IMG/VR virus record: IMGVR_UViG_3300042431_000096 | Location: 1-28,524 of that record | From: a virus | Taxonomy: Duplodnaviria > Caudoviricetes | DNA length: 28,524 bases | Direction: 5' to 3' (one strand) | In this document: positions 18,267-25,642 of the stretch, piece by piece | How the letters are laid out: each line of letters opens with the position of its first letter | Position numbering within the stretch: the stretch's first letter is position 1 | Program-made: the position numbers and the translations under genes | Notes under the pieces: generated by a model | Seen by the model: only the letters and a program-made list of their open reading frames with translations | Database searches by the model: none | Told to the model about the DNA's origin: nothing

Positions 18267-18508
18267 TGTTCAGGTTCATCCTTTCGTTTGGCCCAAAGGG
18301 CAGCGCCGGTTGCCGCGAGGATTGCCGCAGCTCCGGTTCCGTAATTGGAGGGATCGAATGGGTTCCCGCTTTTGGCTACATCCCAGCCAGCGAGTACAAG
18401 GAACTGTACTCCGATCAGGATTGCACCGATGCGGATAACGTCAGGGGTTTGGTTGTCTTTGCTTGTGGTCAACTGCCGGACCCACTGGAGGATTGCTCGT
18501 ATAATCAC
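18263..18508 (-). CDS. Putative holin (81 aa, two hydrophobic segments)
   Basis: VIRIGAILIGVQFLVLAGW and GAAAILAATGAALW segments, charged C-terminus KRKDEPEQ, directly upstream of the spanin pair. Confidence 0.6.
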   Translation of the reverse strand: MIIRAILQWVRQLTTSKDNQTPDVIRIGAILIGVQFLVLAGWDVAKSGNPFDPSNYGTGAAAILAATGAALWAKRKDEPEQ

Positions 18509-18843
18509 CGTGCGTTGTTCCTGTAGAAATCAGCCAGTGCCACCAGCTCATCCACAGTGAGGTCTGACTTGGCTCTGTTGGCTTTGTTGGAGATCACGAC
18601 CACGTTGCCCGGTACGTATCCGTCCGCAGGCACCCGCCGGTCGAGCGAGGGGGAGTTTGGCCCCGGTCCTTTCGAACCGAGGGCCTGCTCCAATCGTACC
18701 CCGAACACGGGGCAGTAGCGTGGGATGATGATGTCCGCCTCGGATAGACCGAAGGGGACCCCCGCCTTTTTCGCACGTTCCTTCGCGGCCCTGATCATCA
18801 TCTTTCGGATGTCGAGGGGCTTGTAAACGCGCCGCCGTTTCAC
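18505..18843 (-). CDS. HNH-like endonuclease
   Basis: CPVFG...SPSLDR...GYVPGNVVVISNKANRAKS pattern. The start may be ATT at 18867. Confidence 0.75.
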   Translation of the reverse strand: MKRRRVYKPLDIRKMMIRAAKERAKKAGVPFGLSEADIIIPRYCPVFGVRLEQALGSKGPGPNSPSLDRRVPADGYVPGNVVVISNKANRAKSDLTVDELVALADFYRNNAR

Positions 18844-18875
18844 TGGCGGGTTGGGCTTTACTGGAATATTTTCTC

Positions 18876-20825
18876 CTAGTGACTGTCGGCCCAGCTATCA
18901 CCGATCTGGAATGCACCAGCCAAGGGGCACCGGAGGTTGAACGCTTCACCAGCGAGGCGTATTGCCCGTGCTGCGGCTTCCCCGATCTCGTTGGATAAAT
19001 GGGCCGGAACTTCTAACTGATATTCGTCATGGATGTTTGCGACGAAGCCGAGGCGGTCTTCCCCGCGATGCAACCAGCCGGTCACCCAGTTGGGTTCCCA
19101 TCCGGTAGACATGAGGTCGTCCAACAGGATCACCGCAGCCTTCTTCATGACCACCGCACCACCGCCCTGAAGGAGCGTGTTAAGTGCGGCGTGGGCTGAA
19201 CGAACGCGAAGGCGTCCGCCGTCCACTGTCTTGAGGTACTTGCGGGCTGCTAAGGTCTTGACCTTGGCTTGTAGCTTACCGAGTGCAGGCAGGCCTTCCT
19301 CGACTGAGCGACGGGCCTTGGTGCCCAGACGGACCAATGCTCGGTCACGCAGGTCACCCGGCGGGTACTTGCCGTGGAAGCCTTCACGCTGACGGTCGGA
19401 GTAGTCATCATAAATGATCGAGCCGAGCTTCAGGTTACCAGCACCATACAGGTAGGCGTATATCCATGTCTTCGCGCTGTCCCGGCTGTTGAGGCCGATG
19501 AAGCGTTGGTTGACTGTGTGGACGTCTGTGCCGTCGTCCTTCGATCCTTCAACGACCGTCTTGACGTAGGCACCGGCATCGAACCGAGCCATGTAGTGAG
19601 CCAGCATACGCAGCTCTAGGCCCTCAGCATCGCAGCCAACCAGCTTGAAGCCATCAGCTACACGGAACAAAGACCGGCAGTCCTTGCCGTAAGGGGCGCG
19701 GACAGCAGGCACCTGTGCCATGTTGGGGTAGCTGTGGGTCATCCGTCGGGTGACAGCGCCGAGTGTGTTGACGCGACCATGGATGCGGTCGTCGCTGCCC
19801 ACACGCTTGAGCCACGCTTGACTGCCTTCGGCCAACTGACCGAGCCGCTTATCGACAGTGAGGTACTCCACCAGCAGCTTGGCTTCTGGGAAGTCCAGAC
19901 CACCAAGTGTGGTTTCGTCGATCTTCGGTTTGCCAGTCTCAGTGAACTCGACAGGCTTCCAGTCGTAGAGTGCTTGGAGCCGGTTCGCGATATGGTCACG
20001 GCTGCCGGGATTGAATGATACCGTCTTGAACTTGGGCACACCAACACCGGCCTTGTAGCCGAGCTTGGCGTTGTCACGCTTGGGCATGAACACGTAGGGC
20101 TTGCCGCCCTTGCGGATCGGCTCTTCCCACGGCGGGAACACGGCACGGAGGCGATCCTCCAGTTCAGCCTTACGGCCCCGCAGGATACGTTCCAGATCAT
20201 GCGCCCGTTCCCTGTCGAACAGGAAGCCACAGCGTTCCTGCAAGTGGATCAGGAAGGCGGTGTCATGTTCAAGTCGAACAGCGTCTTCGCTGTATTCCTT
20301 AGCAGACAGGAACTCCCACAGGCGTCGGGTAACGACGATGTCCTGATAGGCGTAGTCTTCCATGTCCTGCGTGAACAAGGCCCAGCCGCCGGTATAGTCA
20401 CCCTTGTGTTCACCGAGGCGGATGCCCCATGACTTAAGGTTGTGTGAGCCGATCAGCTTACCGAAGTCACGGGGACGTCGGCCAGCGCGGACACCTTCCA
20501 TGTCAACGTCTGTCATGTGCGGGTAAAGATACCGCGAGTAGATCAGCGTGTCGTGGAGGACGCCCTTCGGGTGAAAGGATGGGTTCAGCTTCTTGATCGC
20601 GGGGACGTCGAAGTTGATGATGTTGTGACCGCAGATGGCGTCGGCTTCACCGAGGAGTTTAATGCCGTCCTCGATAGAACCATCGCGGGGAGCCGAAGCG
20701 CCATCTGCGAAGAAACCGTCGTTGAACCGCAGGAACTTTCCGGTCTCGGTGTCGTACATATGGAGAGTGTGGATCACGGTCAGCTCATCGAGCAGTCCGT
20801 CACTCTCAAGATCGAATAGCAGCAC
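18876..20825 (-). CDS. DNA polymerase, family A (T7 gp5-like)
   Basis: Exonuclease motifs FDLESDGL, GHNIINFD and YAYQD. Polymerase motifs DAEGLELR, RDSAKTWIYAYLYGAG, LLQGGGA and IHDE. GGAG RBS then GTG at 20825. Confidence 0.97.
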   Translation of the reverse strand: MLLFDLESDGLLDELTVIHTLHMYDTETGKFLRFNDGFFADGASAPRDGSIEDGIKLLGEADAICGHNIINFDVPAIKKLNPSFHPKGVLHDTLIYSRYLYPHMTDVDMEGVRAGRRPRDFGKLIGSHNLKSWGIRLGEHKGDYTGGWALFTQDMEDYAYQDIVVTRRLWEFLSAKEYSEDAVRLEHDTAFLIHLQERCGFLFDRERAHDLERILRGRKAELEDRLRAVFPPWEEPIRKGGKPYVFMPKRDNAKLGYKAGVGVPKFKTVSFNPGSRDHIANRLQALYDWKPVEFTETGKPKIDETTLGGLDFPEAKLLVEYLTVDKRLGQLAEGSQAWLKRVGSDDRIHGRVNTLGAVTRRMTHSYPNMAQVPAVRAPYGKDCRSLFRVADGFKLVGCDAEGLELRMLAHYMARFDAGAYVKTVVEGSKDDGTDVHTVNQRFIGLNSRDSAKTWIYAYLYGAGNLKLGSIIYDDYSDRQREGFHGKYPPGDLRDRALVRLGTKARRSVEEGLPALGKLQAKVKTLAARKYLKTVDGGRLRVRSAHAALNTLLQGGGAVVMKKAAVILLDDLMSTGWEPNWVTGWLHRGEDRLGFVANIHDEYQLEVPAHLSNEIGEAAARAIRLAGEAFNLRCPLAGAFQIGDSWADSH

Positions 20826-20835
20826 TGGGTTCTCC

Positions 20836-20869
20836 AAAAGAAAAAGGGCCAGCCCGAAGGCCAGCCCTG
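20836..20869 (-). terminator. Intrinsic terminator-like hairpin directly upstream of the DNA polymerase RBS
   Basis: AGGGCTGGCC-TTCG-GGCTGGCCCT-TTTTCTTTT (UUCG tetraloop). Confidence 0.8.
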
Positions 20870-20897
20870 AGTTGTGTCCAACTGTATTGGGTAGTGA

Positions 20898-21179
20898 TCA
20901 GTCGAGGACCTTGCGGACCTTGCGGACCTTGCTGAGTAGTTTCGATGCCTTGATTGCGCGAAGCTCGGCCTCACCGGCAGCGTCCGACAGGTTTGCGACG
21001 GTGTCGTTAAACCGGGCACGGGCGTCTGCGAGTGCCTTATCGGTCAGAACAACGACGTCATTCTGGCGGTCGATGTAGGCTTCGAGCTGACGCTCGATCT
21101 TCTGGAACTTGGCGATCAGTCCATCGATGCCCCGGTCAAGGACACGGGCGATGAACAGAGAGATGATACGTGTGATCAT
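20898..21179 (-). CDS. Hypothetical coiled-coil protein (93 aa)
   Basis: Tightly packed in the operon, with a helical and charged composition. Confidence 0.7.
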   Translation of the reverse strand: MITRIISLFIARVLDRGIDGLIAKFQKIERQLEAYIDRQNDVVVLTDKALADARARFNDTVANLSDAAGEAELRAIKASKLLSKVRKVRKVLD

Positions 21180-21180
21180 G

Positions 21181-21606
21181 TCAGTCAGCTTTCTTTGGCA
21201 GGGGATTGGATTTCAGGAGTGCCTCGAGATCATCGAGTGTCTTGCGGGCAAGGCCGATCTTCTGTCGATCATCGTGGAGCTTTCCGGTGGCCTGAGCATC
21301 AAGCAGCAGGGCACAGGAAGCGATTGCATGGGCGAGGTGTGAGACACCGCTTTCGGGGTCAGTGTCTTCACCATCGAACCAGAGTTGAAGGTGACGCTCG
21401 AGTGCATCTTGGTAGACCGAAGCGGATATGCGGGTCTCCCGATAGTTGAACGCGCCGTACTTAGCGGCACCGACAGACATCACGCGGCCCACCAGCAGCA
21501 TCACCCAGCGTGGCATTACGGACCACGTTGATGGCTTCTTGGAACCGGCGATGTCCTTTGGGTTCACACCCTCAGCAACCCACTCAGCGCATCGATCATA
21601 TTTCAT
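21181..21606 (-). CDS. dATP/dGTP diphosphohydrolase-domain protein (DUF5664-like)
   Basis: NPKD..G..K, VMSVGAAKYGAFNY, DALERHL and GEDTDPESGVSHLAHA motifs. The start is one of the ATGs at 21606-21612 overlapping the helicase end. Confidence 0.8.
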   Translation of the reverse strand: MKYDRCAEWVAEGVNPKDIAGSKKPSTWSVMPRWVMLLVGRVMSVGAAKYGAFNYRETRISASVYQDALERHLQLWFDGEDTDPESGVSHLAHAIASCALLLDAQATGKLHDDRQKIGLARKTLDDLEALLKSNPLPKKAD

Positions 21607-23266
21607 CATCATCCAGTGTCTCATCCTTGAAGGACGAACCGCCCTCTTCAGGGAGGGGAACCTCATACATGAGGCCGGTGTCGCGGTTGTATTTGAGGGC
21701 GATGAAAGGCCCGACAGCATCTCCAGTGAGGCGGTCCTTAAGACCCCGCACAACGGTCGGGCATTCCTTGTCTTGCTTGTCTCGCTCGAGGCCGATCAGG
21801 TAGTGAGACCAGAAGGCCACAGCACGGGAGCCTCGGAAGTGCTTCTCCTGTACCCGGCCACCGTCTTCGTGGGATTTCCCATCAGGTGTTGCCAAGTGGA
21901 AAACGAGGTGGATTGTGATGTCCAACTCTTCAGCCAGCTCGGCCAGCTCCGACATGATCAGGTCAAGTGACTGACGCTCATTCTCGTCCCCGGCTGTGAG
22001 TGCCGTCATGGGATCGATGATGTAGTCCTTCACGTTCTCTGAGGCATGGAGGTATCGGATCGTGTTCTTGACTGTCTCCCAGTTCCGAGCGCCTTTCAGG
22101 CTTACGGAAAACAACTGAGGACGGAACGATTGGATCGCAGCACGTAGCTCTTCCTTGTCGTACACAGTGCCGGGTACGTGGACACGCTTGCCGATAGCCA
22201 TACCGCCCAAGGTCTTGAGCGTCATGCGGGCAGGCTCCTCATAGAGGATCGTTGCCACAGGGCGGGGCGCAGGCATCGGGAGGAAGTCACTGTGATCCTC
22301 ACCGAGGTCAGGCCGCATTGCCGTGAGGGCAAGCTGCTTGACGAGGGTCGTCTTACCTGACCCTGTGCCCGCGCCCCACGTATATAGTGCGGAGCGGCGG
22401 ATGCCGTACGTTGTCTTGGTCATGGTGCGCCACGGCCAAGGGAGGCCCCAAGCCATCTCAGCGCAGGCCTCTTCGATCAGCTCGTCGAGATCGTTGAGCA
22501 CCTCAGGCACCCACTTACGGGCACCCCAGATAGCATCAACGAGTTCCTTCGAGCGACCGGCCTTGACCATGTCGTTCGCGTCCTTGAGCGGAAGCGTTGC
22601 GATGTAGGCCTTGCCGGGGGTGAGAAGCGGTACGCATTCAGCGACTGCCTCGCGTCCCGGTTCATCCTCATCGAACAGGAAGACCACCTTCTCGAAACTC
22701 TCAAGCCAAGCCAGTGCCTTTGCGACTGCCTTCTTCGCACCTGAGGCACCGCTGGGGACAGACACAGCAGGCCAGCTAAGGCCCATTGCCTGAGTGACGG
22801 ACATGGCGTCGATCTCACCTTCGGTGATCACGATCATCTTGCCGCCATCACGGCAGAGTTGCTGGCCGAAGAACGGCATGGCCTTCTTGAGGTTACCAAG
22901 GACCGTGAAGTCCTTGCCGGGTAGTCTGATCTTCTGAGCGACGACAGCTCCAGTGTCGTCATAGTAGGGAGCGATGTGGCACTTCTTGCCGCTGAACTCG
23001 CCGACCCTGTAGTTGTACTTAGCACATACTCGGTCATCGAGACCGCGCTTGGGTAGAGGTTCGATTTCGCCCCCGCCGAGCAGGGCCTTGTCAGCCTTGA
23101 TCATGCGAGGGTTACTCTCGCCCATACCCCCATCTGCTTGGCGAGTAGCCTTGCAGGAGAAACAGTGAGTGTGCCCGTCGGAGTACCGAGCGCAGGCGTC
23201 AGAGGAACCGCAGTCGTCGCAGGGTCCCTTGTACAGCAGTTCGCTGTCGCTTTCGTGATCGCTCAT
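21596..23266 (-). CDS. Primase-helicase (T7 gp4-like)
   Basis: Zn ribbon CDDCGSSD...HCFSC, TOPRIM motifs EGEIDAMS/FDEDEPG/KDAND, Walker A GAGTGSGKT, and FRGSRA. Confidence 0.97.
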   Translation of the reverse strand: MSDHESDSELLYKGPCDDCGSSDACARYSDGHTHCFSCKATRQADGGMGESNPRMIKADKALLGGGEIEPLPKRGLDDRVCAKYNYRVGEFSGKKCHIAPYYDDTGAVVAQKIRLPGKDFTVLGNLKKAMPFFGQQLCRDGGKMIVITEGEIDAMSVTQAMGLSWPAVSVPSGASGAKKAVAKALAWLESFEKVVFLFDEDEPGREAVAECVPLLTPGKAYIATLPLKDANDMVKAGRSKELVDAIWGARKWVPEVLNDLDELIEEACAEMAWGLPWPWRTMTKTTYGIRRSALYTWGAGTGSGKTTLVKQLALTAMRPDLGEDHSDFLPMPAPRPVATILYEEPARMTLKTLGGMAIGKRVHVPGTVYDKEELRAAIQSFRPQLFSVSLKGARNWETVKNTIRYLHASENVKDYIIDPMTALTAGDENERQSLDLIMSELAELAEELDITIHLVFHLATPDGKSHEDGGRVQEKHFRGSRAVAFWSHYLIGLERDKQDKECPTVVRGLKDRLTGDAVGPFIALKYNRDTGLMYEVPLPEEGGSSFKDETLDDDEI

Positions 23267-23442
23267 TTGCGTCCTTTCTTCTCACGGCGGGTGACCCGCC
23301 AGTTCGGTTCGCGCTTCGTCGGCAGGCGGTGCCCCGCGTCTGCGGCCATCTTGGGCAGGTCGATGCCACGATCTGCAAAGGCGCTGATCAGGGCGTCACC
23401 AACTGCGGTGGTGCGGCGGATGTAGTTGAACTGGCGGGTCAT
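23263..23442 (-). CDS. Small basic hypothetical protein (59 aa, MTRQFNYIRR...)
   Basis: AGGAG RBS before ATG 23442, and ATGA overlap with the primase start. Confidence 0.7.
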   Translation of the reverse strand: MTRQFNYIRRTTAVGDALISAFADRGIDLPKMAADAGHRLPTKREPNWRVTRREKKGRK

Positions 23443-23452
23443 TGATGGTCTC

Positions 23453-23908
23453 CTAGTCTTTGACGGAAGCCCACCACGACTTAACGTCGAATGATGGGCA
23501 GGCTTTGGCGACCCCCGGTACGTCACGGTGGCCGATCACCTCAGCATCAGGATGCTTGGCGGTGAGTTCCGTGACGAGCTTCTCAAGCGAAGCCATCTGT
23601 TCGGGGGTGAAGTTGTTCTCCCCAAGGCCCTTGCGGTGGGCGGGGGAGCCGATGGGCGGTGAGCCGCCGATCAGGCAGATCGCGATGGACCGGCGGTTGA
23701 TCTTGGGTTCGTGTGCGCCCGGTTGATTGTCAGGACGTCCCTTCTGGACAGGACCTGAGCGGGTAATGATGTAGTGATATCCGACGTCACGGAAGCCGCG
23801 TTGGCGGTGTGAACGTCGCACATCCTCCACATCCCAGTCCAGTGTTGCCGGTGTGGCAGAGCAGTGGACCGCGATGAAGTCGATGCGGTTCATTGGTTGG
23901 AATTTCAC
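23453..23908 (-). CDS. N-acetylmuramoyl-L-alanine amidase (T7 lysozyme gp3.5-like endolysin)
   Basis: IAVHCSAT, GFRDVGYHY, GAH, SIAICLIGG, GHRD and KACPSFDV Zn-amidase motifs. Confidence 0.95.
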   Translation of the reverse strand: MKFQPMNRIDFIAVHCSATPATLDWDVEDVRRSHRQRGFRDVGYHYIITRSGPVQKGRPDNQPGAHEPKINRRSIAICLIGGSPPIGSPAHRKGLGENNFTPEQMASLEKLVTELTAKHPDAEVIGHRDVPGVAKACPSFDVKSWWASVKD

Positions 23909-24285
23909 AGTACCTTAATGTGGATGTCGATGTTGTTGATCTCTCCCCACACCTTCTCGACCGTCAGCTTCTGCACCTGCGTGTCATCAGCCCACAGACC
24001 AGCGTCTGTCATGGCGTCCATCACGCTCTTGGCGTAGTTGTCGACGTCGGGTTTTGGGAAGGGGAGCTTAGATGTCTTCGGCTTCTGCGCCATGCAGGTG
24101 ATCGACAGGGTAACGGGTGCGTCACCGATGTCGATACACCAGTCCTTGATGAGTGCAGCGGCCTGTTCTTTCCAGACCTTGTACTCTTTGGGCATATAAG
24201 CAGAGGCGAACTTCCCGATCACCCTGAACCGTGGCCTAGGCGACGGCATGGGGGCGACCGGGAGGTCAAACCTGTAGGATGTCAG
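23905..24285 (-). CDS. RusA-family Holliday junction resolvase
   Basis: PSPRPRF, KPDVDNYAKSVMDAM and WADDTQV motifs. The start is proposed at CTG 24285 (the track uses ATG 24249). Confidence 0.85.
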   Translation of the reverse strand: MTSYRFDLPVAPMPSPRPRFRVIGKFASAYMPKEYKVWKEQAAALIKDWCIDIGDAPVTLSITCMAQKPKTSKLPFPKPDVDNYAKSVMDAMTDAGLWADDTQVQKLTVEKVWGEINNIDIHIKVL

Positions 24286-24971
24286 ATGTCATCCTCTTCG
24301 TCTTCAGCGGTATCGACGTTGTCTTCCATGTCCTCGGCGAGATCGATGGCATCACCATCTTCTTCAGCACCGAAGCCATAACCGGAAGCATCACGCGATC
24401 CGTAGGACACCAGCTTGATGATCTGAACGCCGTTCAGGTACACCGAGCAGCCAACTTCCTTGTCCTTGGCGATGTAGTAGCCACGCAGCTCGACGTTCAT
24501 CTTCATGATCGAACCACCACCGATGCTCGGCAGCTTGCTCTCGTCAAACTTGCGGTCGTTGCCACCGATCTGGACACCACGGGCGTCGAAGATGTCGGGC
24601 TTCTGACGCCACGGCTTGTTGGTCTTCTTCGAGATACCCGAGGCCTTCTTCTTGGCCTTGATGGTGACGTAGCCAGTCTCTTCGCCGGTTGCGTCATCTT
24701 CCTCGACGGTGACCGGGGGGTTCGCCTTGGTGATCTTGTCAGCGACACCCTTCTTGCCGTCCTTGATCAGCTCGGCGGTGACCTCGTCATACTTCGCATC
24801 GATCACAGCCTGTGCCTTGGCACGGAATGTATCGACGAAGGCATCGTCAGCGTCGAAGCGGAGCTTGCACTCGTACACGCCATCGCTGTCGAATTTGGTC
24901 GAGGGTTTGTTGAGGAACGGGAACACGGCAACACCACGCGCAGTGGTCAATTCAGTCTTTGCTTGGGTCAT
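24282..24971 (-). CDS. Single-stranded DNA-binding protein (T7 gp2.5-like)
   Basis: FPFLNKPSTKF..DGVY, IGGGS and LNGVQIIKLV motifs, with an acidic C-terminal tail. Confidence 0.93.
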   Translation of the reverse strand: MTQAKTELTTARGVAVFPFLNKPSTKFDSDGVYECKLRFDADDAFVDTFRAKAQAVIDAKYDEVTAELIKDGKKGVADKITKANPPVTVEEDDATGEETGYVTIKAKKKASGISKKTNKPWRQKPDIFDARGVQIGGNDRKFDESKLPSIGGGSIMKMNVELRGYYIAKDKEVGCSVYLNGVQIIKLVSYGSRDASGYGFGAEEDGDAIDLAEDMEDNVDTAEDEEDDI

Positions 24972-25171
24972 GCGAAACCTTTCGTAGGGTAGATAGTGCG
25001 GTACCGCTCTGCATCGGCGGTCAGTGTTTGAATGGTGAAACCCTCGGCGTCTGCGAGGGCGGCGGTCTCAAGGTCCACCATCCCGTAAGTGTCGAGGCCA
25101 TGCGCGGCCTCAACGACGAACGAGAAATACAGTGGGTCCATCCGCTCAAAAGCGGTGGGGCTAAACGTCAT
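24968..25171 (-). CDS. Hypothetical protein (67 aa)
   Basis: ATGA overlaps at both ends and a GGAG RBS. Confidence 0.7.
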   Translation of the reverse strand: MTFSPTAFERMDPLYFSFVVEAAHGLDTYGMVDLETAALADAEGFTIQTLTADAERYRTIYPTKGFA

Positions 25172-25437
25172 CTCATTTCTCCAACCCCAAACTCTCGAAT
25201 GGCTTCGAGGTGTGGGTTCTTTGTGGCGTCTGCGTCAGCGATCTGTCGCTTCGCCCGGACGATCAGGTCATGTGGATCGATGCCCGCTCCGAGGGCAACG
25301 AGGGTGGCTGTTAGGAACAGGGCGTCGATCTGGATCGCCGCGTCCTTGGTCATCTGCATGGCGTCGAGGATGGTGAACGCTGGCACCTTGAGCGGGACCA
25401 GCGAACTATTAGCCATGACACGTTCGCGCAGGCTCAT
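25168..25437 (-). CDS. Hypothetical protein (89 aa)
   Basis: ATGA overlaps at both ends. Confidence 0.7.
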   Translation of the reverse strand: MSLRERVMANSSLVPLKVPAFTILDAMQMTKDAAIQIDALFLTATLVALGAGIDPHDLIVRAKRQIADADATKNPHLEAIREFGVGEMR

Positions 25438-25565
25438 CCGTCCATCTTCTCCTTCTCACCGATGGCGCGGCTCTTCACACCAGCCACGCTCACAGCGAAG
25501 CCGGGGTTGTTCTCAGCCATCTGGCGGGCCAGACGGGCAGCAAGTTCAGGGGAAATCTTCTTCAT
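25434..25565 (-). CDS. Small hypothetical protein (43 aa, MKKISPELAARLARQMAENNPG...)
   Basis: Below the track cutoff. GGAG RBS, first ORF after the promoter at 25602, ATGA-coupled to the next gene. Confidence 0.7.
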   Translation of the reverse strand: MKKISPELAARLARQMAENNPGFAVSVAGVKSRAIGEKEKMDG

Positions 25566-25601
25566 GTATTGGTCTCCAGAAATTGAAAAATGCTTCCATC
25601 A

Positions 25602-25625
25602 CCAATGGTCTGCACTAATGGGCAC
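25602..25625 (-). promoter_or_regulatory. Putative phage RNAP promoter (replication-gene operon)
   Basis: GTGCCCATTAGTGCAGACCATTGG immediately after the RNAP stop codon. Confidence 0.85.
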
Positions 25626-25642
25626 TTCCGTTAACGGAACTA

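Noticed and set aside
21181-21753. Aminoadenine (Z) or other base-substitution pathway
   Set aside because: No PurZ or other modification enzyme is visible, and the diphosphohydrolase-like gene alone is insufficient. The 190-aa version in the track overlaps the helicase and is over-extended.
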